Assembly: GCA_964016885.1 (NCBI GenBank)
Contig: OZ024749.1
Span: forward strand, 54,560,001-54,624,000
DNA: 64,000 nt
Source of the DNA: Eledone cirrhosa
Lineage: Eukaryota
Direction: 5' to 3'
Both the position numbers and the translations under genes were made by a program. The notes beneath the pieces were generated by a model. It did not search any database and was not told the origin of the DNA. It was given only the letters and a program-made list of their open reading frames with translations. Shown here in pieces: positions 41,241 through 56,341 of the stretch (within the stretch, counting starts at the first letter, position 1; every line of letters starts with the position of its first letter).

Positions 41241-41602
41241 TTGACAGAGTGAGAGATTAGCATTCTATACTTACATAAATAAAAATAAATACTATCGAAA
41301 AATCTGTAGCAATTTATAATTAGAGCTGATATTCCCAAATGACAAGATTTAACTATATAAAGAAATAATCGATAGAAAATAGTAACAACAACAAATACAA
41401 TAACTATATCAACAGAAATCAGATAGAAAAACAAATGAAAACAACAACAATAATAACACTCACGTTCTGATCGATAATTATTAACTCGTGTATTGATTAC
41501 CTGAAACATATGTGTGTACACATATATATATCACATAAATATACACGCACTTATATTTATAATATATATATCTATCTATCCATACACACACATATACATA
41601 CA

Positions 41603-41669
<67 letters not shown>

Positions 41670-42199
41670 GTATCTATCCACACACATATATGTATATATG
41701 CATTTATATATATTTATATTTGTTCTATTACATATATGCAGAGAGAAAGAGCGAGAGAGCGAAAGAATGAGTTTGAGATAGAAAGAGAGTATGAAAGAGA
41801 TAGTGTGATATATATACAGAATGTAGAGGCTGACATAGTTATACACAATCTATCGAGACATTGTATAAGGAGAAAGTCGATCACGTCTCTAGCTCCTGAC
41901 TAGGAAGTTTCGGCACTTTACACTGGCTGTGTACTCTGCTCAGTCACTTAACCCTTATATTGATTAACCCTCCAATTCTAATTAAAATATCTTGCAATGA
42001 TAAAGCTTGAAGCACTCTGAGGTGTTGTTGAAATGATAAATCTTTCGTTAGTGTATCTAGAAATGACATCTGTGCCTGTTGTTCATCTTCTATCTTGGTA
42101 TGAAATCTAAAATGAGTGGAAGTATGATGTACCATCTTAACAAGCAGTTTTCGAATCACACTTCCAATTTGTCTAAGATAGGTATTGCATGCATAGATG

Positions 42200-42525
42200 G
42201 TCCTGTAACTCCTAATGGAGTCTTACGGGTGTCCTATTAACATATGGCGTTTCAAGTGGACTTTTGTCTTAAACCTGACAGAGCCCATCTCTTCTCCAGC
42301 TCTGAATACAGCGGATTTCTTCCAACGAAGGATAGAGAGTGAGAAAATGAAAACGAGAAAGATATAAAGGAAGAATTGACCCCGTTACTTGACTGGTACT
42401 TTTTTTAACGACCCCCAAATGAATGAAAGGCAAAGTTAGCTTCGACGGGATTTGAACTCAGAGAGCCGGAACTAATACTACAAAAGATTCCATCCGATGT
42501 TCGAACGACTCTGCCACTTCACCAC
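42200..42525 (-). mobile_element. Meta-domain SINE, long-tail subfamily
   Basis: Aligns with 32770-33103. Confidence 0.75.
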
Positions 42526-42855
42526 TTGTTTCATATTGAGTGAATGTATTTGAATGTCTCTAGGATGGGTATTATCTATTTATCAAAACGTGTGTTTGTA
42601 TCTATATTCATTGGCTTCTATCTTACTCGGTTAAGTTTTTATGGTACAACCTTGAAGGTATCTAGTCAATCATATCGATCCCAGTACTTGTTGTGTTCAA
42701 GTCTCCTTCGTATTCTATCGAACTACTAGGTTGTGGCACATAAACAAATAGTAAACGTAAACACTGGCATAGAAGCACACGTACACACATTCATATATAT
42801 ATATATATGTATATATATGAATATATATATATATAATATATATATGTATACATAT

Positions 42856-42914
<59 letters not shown>

Positions 42915-44179
42915 TATATATTCGTATATATGTATATATCTACACACGCACACCTCTGACATATTCTAAACAACAAAAGCAATATCTGTATATAGCCACT
43001 CTGTGGTCCAGCAGTGAGCTAGAAATAGCAATAAAAAACAACAGACGACCAACGAAAGATGCTATTACGCAGTCAAGCAAACTGCCAGAAACAATAGCGA
43101 AAGCTCCCTCAAATCTTTGCCCTAGGGAGGATACATTAAGAATAAGCAGACTTATAAATATAATTTTTTCTAGTACCAGTAATTTACGGGATGAGGAAAG
43201 TCAATTTTATTTAACACGGTATTGTATTTAACTGCTACTTTATATTATCTACACCGGAAGGATGAAAGGCAAAGTTGCCCTCGGCAACATTTCATCTCAG
43301 CTTATAGAAATTCTTAACTAAATACTAGAAAGAGTTTTGTGCGATGCTCTACTGATACTGCCAATCCATTGAAATCAAGACCTACATGTAATAAAGGCAG
43401 GTTGTTCCACCTGCAACGCTTTTATTCGTATGTCTGCTGAATCTGGGATAAGCTAGAGTTAAAGAACTTCAACATATGTTATGGGATTATAAGGCCTCGT
43501 GTTTAGCCTCAGATTTATCCTACACCAACCTTACCTTCGTGTGATGCAAATTAGTACAAAAGAAAGAAGAGATTCAAAATAAAAAAACATCATGCATTAG
43601 AATATGGTTTCTTCAAATTTATGCAGCCTTTTACTCTCAAGATATAATCAACCGAATCTCGTAGACTTTTATTCTCCAGTGAGTTATATGGCATCTGAAG
43701 CACTTTCTTCGGTCAATGAGTTCATTTTTTTGCAATTTATATTTTCTTCCTCTTTTGATACAAAATCGATTTGAAATAAAATTGATATGCTTCGGGAAAA
43801 TATTGTTTATGAAAAATCAAGTCAATATATCGGTATACAAATTATCTACTGCTTCTCATACATTTTGAAGAATAGACACAACAAAAACGTACATTCGCAA
43901 ATGTTCTTCCGCAAATGTTCATTCACGCGCGCCAACATGTGCACGCATGCGCGTGTAAATTGACTTCCATATATTTTCTGTACAGTTATTCTATACATTT
44001 TCTATATAAATTTGTTTATATGTATTTTGATATATGGCTAATAGGCAATAAAACGAAACAGTCAAAAATCTCAATAAACATTGAATACAGTTAAACAAGA
44101 AATATTCACTCACACACACATGTATACATACATATATATATGCACACGCTTACAACATAAACATACGCTTACACATACA

Positions 44180-44462
<283 letters not shown>

Positions 44463-44548
44463 CGTATATATATATGTATATATATATGTGTGTGTGTGTG
44501 TGTGTTTTATATTTCTGTTTGTATAATTTTGATTAACTATGTGTGTGT

Positions 44549-44679
44549 ATGTGACAATATTTATATTATATATATGTTGACATGCATGAACAGATTCCTC
44601 CAATGTATATATATACTATATACAGTGGAGGAATGTATTCATGTATGTAAACATATATATAATATAAATATTGTCACAT
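44549..44679. repeat. Imperfect 131-bp palindrome centred on a TA tract
   Basis: ATGTGACAATATTTATATT... pairs with ...AATATAAATATTGTCACAT; the inner ATTCCTCCA pairs with TGGAGGAAT. Confidence 0.85.
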
Positions 44680-44776
44680 CTATGCTCGTCTATATATATA
44701 TATATATATGTGTATGTATGTATGTATGTATATTTATATATATATATACATACGTATATATATATATATGTGTATA

Positions 44777-44811
<35 letters not shown>

Positions 44812-45066
44812 ACATACATATATATATACATATATACACATACGTACGTCCATACATACATACATACATATATATGTGTATTTTCACACATACCCACACT
44901 CATATATATATTAAAGAAGGAATGGGGTTAAGAGGGAGAGAGAATGAAAGTTTATACGTGTATGTACATGCCTTACATGCATATACACACACACAGACAC
45001 ATATATATATACACACTTACACACACACACATAGATATAGATATATATATACACACACACACACTT

Positions 45067-45097
<31 letters not shown>

Positions 45098-45639
45098 CAC
45101 ACACGCACGCACACACACACACACACATATACATACATACATGTATGTGTATTTACATACATACACATACACACACATATATATATGAATACTTGAGTTA
45201 ATCTTCAAACAGGTATTCCTTTTCTTCAAATCGATCGCTATTGATTAGCCTATTACAGCACCTTACCTTAATGATCAAGTGTACAGTATAAAAACACACA
45301 CAGAAACACACAGAAAACAAGAATGAAGAGGAAGAGGTAGTCATAGTATAGGGATAGAGGGTGGTTAGATATTTCTGATATTGCTATTGTTTTTAATAGT
45401 GTGTGTTGTTAGTATTGCTGTCACTATTCATGTTTCTTTTATTGAGCTTTCTCTCGCTATAAGAAACATATGGAGGTAGAGGAAGATGTGGAAGGAAGAC
45501 GATTTTTCTGTTGCCCAATTATAAATATAACAAATCAATAGAATATTGGAGAATTTCACAAGCAGGGAAATCAGTTGGGGCTGTTTTGTGTTTGTTTTAC
45601 TTCTGTTTTGGCATGTTTAATATATAAACATATGCCTAC

Positions 45640-46630
45640 ATATAGAGAATGACATACACTGAGACGCATACATAGATAGACACACACACTCACATACACA
45701 TAGAGACACATATATAGACAAACAGACAGACACACTCACACACACACATACATAGAGACACATATATAGATACATACAGACACGCTCACACACACACATA
45801 CATAGAGACACATATATAGACAGACAGACAGACACGCTCACACACACACATACATAGAGACACATATATAGACAGACAGACAGACACACTCACAAACACA
45901 CACATACATAGAGACACATAGAGACACATATATAGACAGACAGACACACTCACACACACATACACAGAGACACATATATAGACAAACAGACAGACTCACT
46001 CACACACACACATACATAGAGACACATATATAGACAGACATACAGACACACTCACACACACACATACATAGAGACACATATATAGACAGACAGCCAGACA
46101 CGCTCACACACACACATACATAGAGACACATATATAGACAGATAGACAGACACACTCACAAACACACACATACATAGAGACACATAGTGACACATATATA
46201 GACAGACAGACACACTCACACACACACATACACAGAGACATATATAGACAAACAGACAGACACACTCACACACACACATATATATATATATATAGGAATA
46301 GACACTGATAGACACACAGAGACACACACATACATATACATAGGAATAGACACACAGACACACTCACACATACAGAGAGACACATACATAGACATACAGA
46401 CAGACACACTCACACAGACACATAAACACACACACATACACACGCTCAAACAGAGAGAGATACATACACACATAGATACAGACATATATGTACACACACA
46501 TATGCCTACATACACACAGAGACACAAACAGATAGACACAGATGCAGATACACACGCACACGCACACAGAGGCAGAGACACAGATACACACACATGCCTG
46601 CACACACACTGACATACAGAAACACACACG
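45640..46630. repeat. CA/GA-derived ~50-55-bp minisatellite (..CATACATAGAGACACATATATAGACAGAC..)
   Basis: Direct reading. Confidence 0.9.
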
Positions 46631-46687
46631 AAGAGAGAAAGAGATAGATAGATAGATAGAGAGATTAATAGAGAGAGAGAGAGATTA

Positions 46688-46738
<51 letters not shown>

Positions 46739-48435
46739 AATATGGATCGGCAACTGACAACGGCGGGATTTGAACTCGAGTGTAATGAGCCGGAACACAG
46801 GCGGAAGTTTTATTAATCTGATGTCCTAACCACACGTTAACAAATGTATTTAAATACCGTTTCTCTCTTCAGTTACACCCACTTCGCTCTCACTACGTAT
46901 GTATTAATAATTGTATCGTTTTTAGTTGTTATACATATCAAAGTATCTTTTAAGTATCGGTTATATTGAATTGATATTGATATTTAAACACAAACCTATG
47001 ATCAAAGGTGTTCCGCCCGTGACCATCTAGATATTTTTGGCTTGCAAGCAGGCAGTGTGCATCCAAAATCATATTATTCAACATTTGTTTGACGACCGAG
47101 TGTGATATGAGGAAAAGTTTGGTGGAACTAAACTTATATTTAAAACTTTACAACTATATATTATTTTATTTCATATAATTGACAACGAATGCAGCTGTAA
47201 TTATTTCATTTTAAAAAATATACATAATATACAGATGTATTTAATTTCAATTTGCTATATGGAACCTAATATTTCGATTTTTAAACAAATTCCTTATAAT
47301 TTTTAAATTATGGAGGAGAGATTAAATTACACGCATGCAATCAAAATCATTTCCTTTTTATTTTCTTCGTTGTCTTTGCGTGTATTTAAAACAAAAATGA
47401 TATCACTTGTAATATTGTTAATAGCTGTGAACTTGATATCCTGTTTTATAGATATTGTTACTGTTCATTCTATTATTGAAAGCATCTGTATCATTAACAT
47501 ACAGGTTACGAACTTTATTGAATTTTCTGTGTCGATAATAGTTATTAACTGCAATACAGAAATAGAATTACGCAGACCTTATGATTGAAAAAAAAGTATA
47601 TACCCCCCCCCCCCCCCAAAAAAAAGAACAAACATTAGCAATATTCAAATATTGCACAAGTAATGGTGTTTTTTAAATTAGTGGCTATACAATGCAAAAT
47701 ATCTCACAGGAGAAAGTTGATATTTCGCAGGCCAACAATTCTAAATATATCCACAGTTTAAACTACTCGGTCATTATAAAATCTGTCAGGTTGCCTACTT
47801 TTACATAAAAATTCTATTTGCATTGCTAACATTTTATTTTATATATTTAAAATAAACATGGCGGTTGTTCGTTTTATGTTTTTTTGTTAAATTTTGGTTT
47901 CCTTAAAGCAAGAAACACGATAGATAACTTCATGTTCATCCATGAGTTTCTGTATATATGGATTATATATCACACATATTTTTCTATGTATGTTACATAT
48001 ATTATCAATACAGATAGATATGTATTTATGACATACATACATGCTCGTATACGTAGATATTGTAACTTTTTATGGTATAAGAATATATAACATTTTCATG
48101 AAGCTGCTCGTTTTACTACATATTTATAATATTGCTGAATTCTATGGGAGAAATTTAACAGAGATTTATGTTAAACTACCTCATTGGTTCTTTCACTGTG
48201 TATTTTTGTGTATGTACATACATTTTGAATCTATGTTAGCAGTGTATATAATATATATATATATATATATTTATGAGGGGCGGGGGTATATATATATATC
48301 ACTTTCTCTCTCTCTCTCCACATATACAATATATATATATATATTTATATATACCAGTCATCTATTTTTTTGTTTTGCATATTCATTTTACACAAACGTG
48401 AATTAGTCAACAGGAAACCGATACTCCTGTCTCCC

Positions 48436-48488
<53 letters not shown>

Positions 48489-49494
48489 TTTGGTTAGTGC
48501 TCTAAATATTTAAATCATTTTGTCTGATACCCTATCGATTATACCACACCTTACATTCATTTTTGTAAGTAGTTCTCGATTTATATCACACACCGCCATT
48601 TTTGTGTATAGTGTAGTTGTATATTATATCTATAAGCTTTAGTGTGGTGAGATTGAGACGCTGTGAATAGTTGGCTATTTTCCTTTTGTTTTTATCTTGA
48701 GTTCACTTAACTTCCAGTTTCAGTTGAAACTAGTTTATAACTGAGATGTGTTGCGTATGTATATCTATTATCTTATTTTCATCATAGCATTTAGTTTTTT
48801 TTAATAGTAGTCTGACAACCTAATAACTATCATTTCGGTTGTAGTTCTATAGCAGTCCATTATTTTCACATTAAGATAACTATTTCTCAGACATCAGAGT
48901 AAATTGCTTCGGAGAGTTCCCAATTTCCACACTTTTCTACGTACTAAGGCGTGTCGTCTGCTTACATTTGTCATGTCATCAATTCTCCTTCTTTCTACTT
49001 CTTCCTAAAATAACGATGCTTGGGTTTGAGATCATGTTTTTGGGATTTAAATAATCAGACGACCACAATGTCGGAATTAAAGAAAAGAATTTTTAAAAAA
49101 GAAAATATAATGACATTTGATATATATGTTCTATAAACGTCGAAGCACCTTTCAACATTATACCACATGTAGGAATTATTTTCTAGTGAAAAAATCAATG
49201 ACTTGTAACAAAAAAATAACAAAAACAAACATCACTAAGAAAACAAAACTATGAATACAACAGGAAAACGACGACAACAACACCAACAACAAACATCAGC
49301 AACAAAACGACGACGACGACAACAACAACAACATCTAGATTAAAAGTACGAAAGTCAGTCATGATAACATCGATAACCATTTAATAAGAACGGTCTGGTG
49401 GTTGGAAATTCTTCTACGGTTCAGTGACTTGTTTTTCCTTAACCGTTAAACTTTCCTATATAGTTTAGAAACATTTTCCTCTACATTGAACAGG

Positions 49495-49531
<37 letters not shown>

Positions 49532-49713
49532 CCACGAGACTGGTACTTATAAGTTCGCACACATCTTTACACTGATGCAAACTGCTCACACAGCTACATA
49601 AAGTATATACAAACATATATAGACATCGCGCTGGTACATATACTTATATAGATATTGGAGATGGCTGCCTGTACATATGAGATAGTTTTTAGATTTTGAT
49701 CGAATTGCGCGTA

Positions 49714-49878
<165 letters not shown>

Positions 49879-49879
49879 G

Positions 49880-49935
49880 AAAAGTCTCAGGACCCCGACA
49901 GCTGAGCTCCGGCCGTTTCGACAGCTAGATCCGAA

Positions 49936-49940
<5 letters not shown>
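49880..49940 (-). mobile_element. Single-arm fragment of the 1307/52062 element between (TA)n tracts
   Basis: CAGGACCCCGACAGCTGAGCTCCGGCCGTTTCGACAGCTAGATCCG is nearly identical to 52075-52120. Confidence 0.8.
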
Positions 49941-49984
<44 letters not shown>

Positions 49985-51001
49985 CACTTAGTAAATGAGT
50001 AAATTTTACTCTCATAAATATTACTCTTAATGTATGTATATGTGTGTATGAATTCGATTCGTGTGAAATTTAAAATGTGTACGTCCCAAACCAAATGGCC
50101 ATAATAGTAATAGTCGATTACTATAAATAATAGTTGAGAAAATCGGGTGTAGTACCGCTGGATACACTTGTGTCTCCACACATTTTGTGGGGGCAACCTG
50201 TATATATATATGTACGATATATATATGTACGATATATATATGTACGATATATATAGTTGTGTATATAAGTATATGCACGATGTATATATATATATATATA
50301 TATACATCGTGCATATACTTACATACACACCTACATATGAATGCGTCTACATTGATAAGTGGAGTTATAGATTTTGATCAAATTGCACACACACACACGC
50401 ACACACATATATATATTGTATACAGATAGTTGTATTATTATTTTTTTGTGTTTTCGATGAAACTACACTTTAGCTTCTTAAATCAGCAAGGCGAGATTTT
50501 AAATGGCCGTTAGTCGTTAGCTATTGCTAAACTGATATAACAAACCGTTATTGATGGCTGTCATCGCACTACCAGGGTGCCAATTTCACTAACTTCCGGT
50601 GTGTTGGCCTTGACTCTTACTTGCAATGTAGCGTCCATTGGAGAACTGATTAATGACGGGGCGGATCGGCTGTCAAGAAAGGTTGAGAGAGAAACGAGAC
50701 CTTTGTTCGCCCATCTGCTGTCAGGTGACTATTTCACTTGTTAGACAAAGAGCCCAGACCGTATTAACGTATTAATGGTCCGCTTAACTCCATGTTGCTT
50801 CTGATAGCCCAACCATCAGTAAAAGTACTTTTGTTATTTGTGTATCCCACTGTACGTAGCAAGCTATAATGTACACCAATATGCAATCAGTTGAATCTGT
50901 TGGGGGTCGCCCAAGTTCTTAAGTTCTTTTTTTTTTATATTTTTGTTTCATAATAATTAGTTTGAACCTGGATAGACTAACTATACGCTTGTATATTTGT
51001 A

Positions 51002-51054
<53 letters not shown>

Positions 51055-51100
51055 GTATACATACTTACATATATATAATTCGTTTTTGATATATATGTAT

Positions 51101-51178
<78 letters not shown>

Positions 51179-51906
51179 ATGCAAAATGTGTCTGAATATA
51201 TGTATGTGTGAACGTATGTATGTATACATGTGTGTATGTATATATGTATGTATGTTTGTGTGTGTGAATGAGAGGGAAGAGAGGGGAGTTTAAGTACATT
51301 GTTAAAAAGAAGGAGAGAGAATGAATGTGTGAGGTTGGGGTCGGGGGAATAATTGAGGGGGAAAATTAGACAAAGAAACAAAAGGACAGAGAGTGAAAGG
51401 GCTCCACTAAGAAGATTGAATACCGCAGCAAATAGAACAATGTCACATAATAGACCATCAATTATATTACTATTATTATCATTATTATTAGTATTATTAT
51501 CCTTATTGTTATTATTGTCGAAGTCATCGTTGTTGTTGTCGTCGTTGTTGTTGTCGTCGTTGTTGTTGTCGTCATTTTTATTGTTATTTTCGATGTTTTT
51601 GTTAGCAATAATAGCAGGCCATAATTTTAACATTAATGTTACAATTTCCCCCGACAATAAGGTAACTATCTTGGAAGAGAACTCCCCCTTACTGCAACTA
51701 ACTCGTCCCTATATTCTAAAAGCATTTCGTCCATTTACATTCATCAAGCTAAATGAAAAAGCTATCTAAACAGGAAGTTGTTGTAATGAGTTTCACATTA
51801 GCCTACACAGTAAAACATTCTTTCTTTCCAGAGATGTCAGACTTAAAGTGAATCGAACTCGGCCCTCAATTTTTATTTCGAATGCCATACATTTGGTCAC
51901 GTTCGT

Positions 51907-52235
<329 letters not shown>

Positions 52236-52479
52236 ATATATATATAATGGTTCCTGATTTAGGCACACAAGGCCAACAATGTTTTGGGGAAGGGGAGTCA
52301 ATTAAACTAACCCCAGTGCATTACTGGTACTTTGTTTTATCGACCCCCCCAACCTGTAATAATGAAAGACAAAGCTAACCTAGGGGCGATTTGAACTCAG
52401 ATCATAAAGGGCCGTAACTGTATGCCATAAATCATAGTGTTCGTCACTCTACCGATACTACCAATCGATCATGGCTGAA

Positions 52480-52832
52480 AATCAACAACAGCAACAACAA
52501 CACTAATGCGACGACGACGACGACGACCACCACCACCACTACTACGACGACCACCAACAACAATACTAAGGTGACGACAACGACCACCACGACCACCACC
52601 AACAACAACAACAACAATACTAAGGTGACGACAACGACCACCACGACCACCACCACCAACAACAACAACAATACTAAGGTGACGACAACGACCACCACGA
52701 CCACCACCACCACCAACAACAACAACAATACTAAGGTGACGACGACGACGAACACCACCACCACCAACAACAACAATTCTAAGACGACGACGACCACCAC
52801 CACACCACCACCACCACCACCACCACCACCAA
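52480..52832. repeat. Trinucleotide-derived ~55-60-bp minisatellite (AATACTAAGGTGACGAC...CACCAC...CAACAA)
   Basis: AATACTAAGGTGACGAC recurs four times. Confidence 0.9.
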
Positions 52833-54102
52833 TAACGAGAGTAGTCACTCATGGGACAGGCTTATAAAACTAATTGTTTACGTTTCTCAAATAGAAACGC
52901 GGTTGTATGTACGTAGATAACTTCGTTTATTTCATGTCATTGAGTTAAATTGACATTTTGGTCAACAAGGTCAAAGATTTGGCCAACAAAGCCAAACCCA
53001 TATCATTTTAATGCCAACTTCCAATTATGTAGAATTACGGACACTGATAGCGATGCCAAAGAACTTTTGTTAAATTGATAAACTAAAAGTGACAATACTG
53101 TGTTAGGATTCAAAACACTGGTTGTAGTTAGAGTTTCTTTATTCTCACCAAAAACAATTTTAATACGATTATCTTTTCAACATCAAGTAAATAAATAATA
53201 ATAACCTATCTAACATTACTGGAGCTCCAACACGGAACTGTTTATCAGTAAAGTAATCTCTATTTAGCAAGCCTGTTGTAATACGTTAATTTCCTGTGAA
53301 AGTGTATTAGTCACATGGCTGTTGTTTACGAAGTAGAGACACCGTTTAAAGATGTCGTCACGTTCATGATTAATATTCAACACATGTCGTCCATCTTGCT
53401 CCACAACTAGACACACACAACCACACACACAACCAGACAACCAGACACACACACACAACCACACACACAACTAGACAGGCACATACACACATACATCTGC
53501 TTTAGGTAACACTCATCGCTACACACAAGACGTCCATAGTTCATTTAAGATACGACAATAATCCACCATGTTTTTGGAACGGTAAATAATTCTTTTCAAA
53601 TCCGCCTAACGCAAGTTTTATAATATAGTATATAACACCCCCCCCCCCCCCCCAAAAAAAAACACCAACAATATTATTTGTATTCGAATACATAGCATGT
53701 AATTCTCTGGTATAATATTTGCTACAACTAAAATACCTTACCTGAAAATGTAAATTTTATGCATCCTATTACCAAAGAATTCTTATTCTCAGTTACTTCT
53801 CGCTCGCAATCATGTACTAAAACGAGAATAATTTTTCTGTATTTCCGCCCTATAATTATTTTATATATTTACATATAAGATTCTGTTGGTCACGTAGATC
53901 TTTAGAGTACTTGTGTGTTTATCTTAGCAGATAGTCATCGTTACAAGATAATTCTTTAGTAACATGGCAATATGCTAAGCAGAGAGAGAGCGTAGCAAAT
54001 ATATTTTATAAAAATAAAGTGAGCATTGTTAAATTCAATGTAGAGAGAGAATGATTAGCATGACAAAGGTGTGGCATGCCTGCTTTAATAACCAGTTTTA
54101 AT

Positions 54103-54930
54103 CGGTGTAGTGGCAGTATCGCTAGAGGGTCTGACGCCATTCTTTATAGCAAAAAGTTGCGGCCCTTTATGGTCTGAGTTCAAATCCTTACGGGGTCGAT
54201 AAAATAAAGTACCAGTAATACAGTGATTTAATTGCTGGCCTTGTGCCAAAAATAGAAACATATTAATTGCCTCGCCAGGGCAGTGGATTGGCAATATAGG
54301 AGGAACGTCGGACACCATGCTTTGCAGCATAGAGTTACGGTCCTTTACGGCCAAATCCCACCGAGGTTAATTTTGCCTTTCATCCTTATGGGGTCGATGA
54401 AATAAAGTACCAGTAACGTACTGGGGTCAATTTAATCGACTCCCTCCCCCCCCAAAAAAATTACTGGCCTTGGGCCTAAATTAGAAATCAATATTAATTG
54501 CCACGCCAAGTGCAGTGGATTGGTAGAATCGGTAGAGCGTCGGACATACAGTTATGTCCCTTTACGTTCTGAGTTCTAATTCCGGCCAAGTTAGCTTTTC
54601 ATTTTTACGGGGCCGATAAAATAAAGTACCAGTAATGAACTGGGGTTGACTTAATCAATTTTACCATTCCCCAAAACTTCCTGGCTTTGTATCTAAATAA
54701 GAAACCAATTGAGAGCGGTGAATGAGCAATAATCTGTAAAGCGATGGATACCATATTTTGCAGCATAGAGTTTTGTCCATTTACGTTTCTGAGTTCAAAT
54801 CTCGTCGAAGTTAGCTTTGTCTTTCATTCTTACTGTCTCGATAAAATACAGTACCAGTAACGCGCTAGGGTCGAGTTAATCGCGTTTCTGCTCTCTTAAA
54901 ATACTTGTCCTTGTGCGTAAATCAGAAACC
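54103..54930 (+). mobile_element. Head-to-tail array of four Meta-domain SINEs
   Basis: The core GATAAAATAAAGTACCAGTAA recurs near 54198, 54396, 54616 and 54840. Confidence 0.85.
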
Positions 54931-56121
54931 CTTATTACTTCTCACATCACTCACAAAAACCTTTGTACGCCCTGATGCAGCATTTCAGCAGGTAGATAAC
55001 CCAGTGTCTGTGGTGTGGTGTAAACCGAACCTTATACGAACTGTCGGTCAGCAGCTCAACATTCTTATTAATGTGACTACTTATAACTTGTTTTTATCAA
55101 TAATATAATCCAAGATGTTTTGAAAATGTTCAGACAATATTCTTTCTTCTTTGTCCAGCTTTGGCATCTATTTATAATTATGGATTTTTCGTAGATCCAG
55201 AGAGGCAACAAATTTGGTAAGAATCCAACTATTGATCTATTAACTGTATCTTCTTCCAGCAACACGAAATATATTTGGATATAGGAGAGGTTTTGGATGA
55301 GAATTAATCGAAGTGTAGGCCGTCTCGATTTGTGTTTAAGGATGGTGATGTTGGAGGGGGTGGAGAGATCTTGTTTAATTCTATATCGTTAACTGAGAAT
55401 CGAAACGTGAGATACGGACTAAATTTAGTTTATAAGATGTCAGTCTATATAGATTAGAGCATCAAGTTTCTCTAGTAAGAGTGCAAAACTACCACCTAGG
55501 GCCGACTACATTCCCACCTCCTTTTTTCCTTTTTGTCTCTCTATATCTCTCTCTCCATCTCCTGTCCCCCCCTCTGCGCTTGTTCCCTTCTCACGACGTC
55601 TTATCTACCTCTTATCTCCCTCAAAACTTTCCCTCCTTCAATAGCGATCACTGGCCACTGTGCCTGGCGTTCATGTTGTTGTCATTGACGATATTCGACT
55701 GTTTTAACAGTTATTGCTTGTGTTAGAGTTTCCAGCTTATTTCTATACACCATAAAGTTTCAAGTTAAGATGAACGTTCAGTTAATGGGTTGGTCAGATT
55801 TATTTTGTAGAAATACAAAATATAAATTATTGAAAATCTCACTAGGAGTTAGAGGTTGGCCATTCTAAGTTCAAATCCCGCCGAGGTTAACTTTGCCTTT
55901 CATCCTTACGGGGTCGATAAAATAAAGTACCAGTAATACACTGGATATTTGCTGGCCTTGTGCCTAACGTAGAAACAGTTATTTAAAATAGAAATTTGAT
56001 GATTTGACATAATAAAGTATTGTGATTAATTACTGTGATTATAGTGAAACACATGGCTGTTTCTAGGAAGGGCCCTGTTTGACGAGAGGTAACCAGGGTA
56101 TTGAGCCCTCATCCCCGTTAA

Positions 56122-56341
56122 CCCTTTAGCATTGACATTACTCTATATATACTATTGTATTTTCATAGTAAAGGCTTTACTTTACATATTATCTCTCATA
56201 ATATTGAATCAACGACATTTTGATATTATTTATTTTGGAAACAATACCTTAATGTCAATATGAGTGGCCAGTTACAGCCGATTTGAACAGAAAGAGGTGA
56301 GAGAATTCTGGCTGGATATGGCCGGTTTAAATGCTAAAGGG
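56122..56341. mobile_element. piggyBac-like MITE
   Basis: TTAA TSDs and perfect 12-bp TIRs CCCTTTAGCATT / AATGCTAAAGGG. Confidence 0.8.

Noticed and set aside
41944-42159. Short complex ORFs in the right contig (also 53264-53405, 55077-55265 and 59166-59270)
   Set aside because: No recognisable domain and no consistent splice-site pairs; cannot be supported without a homology search.
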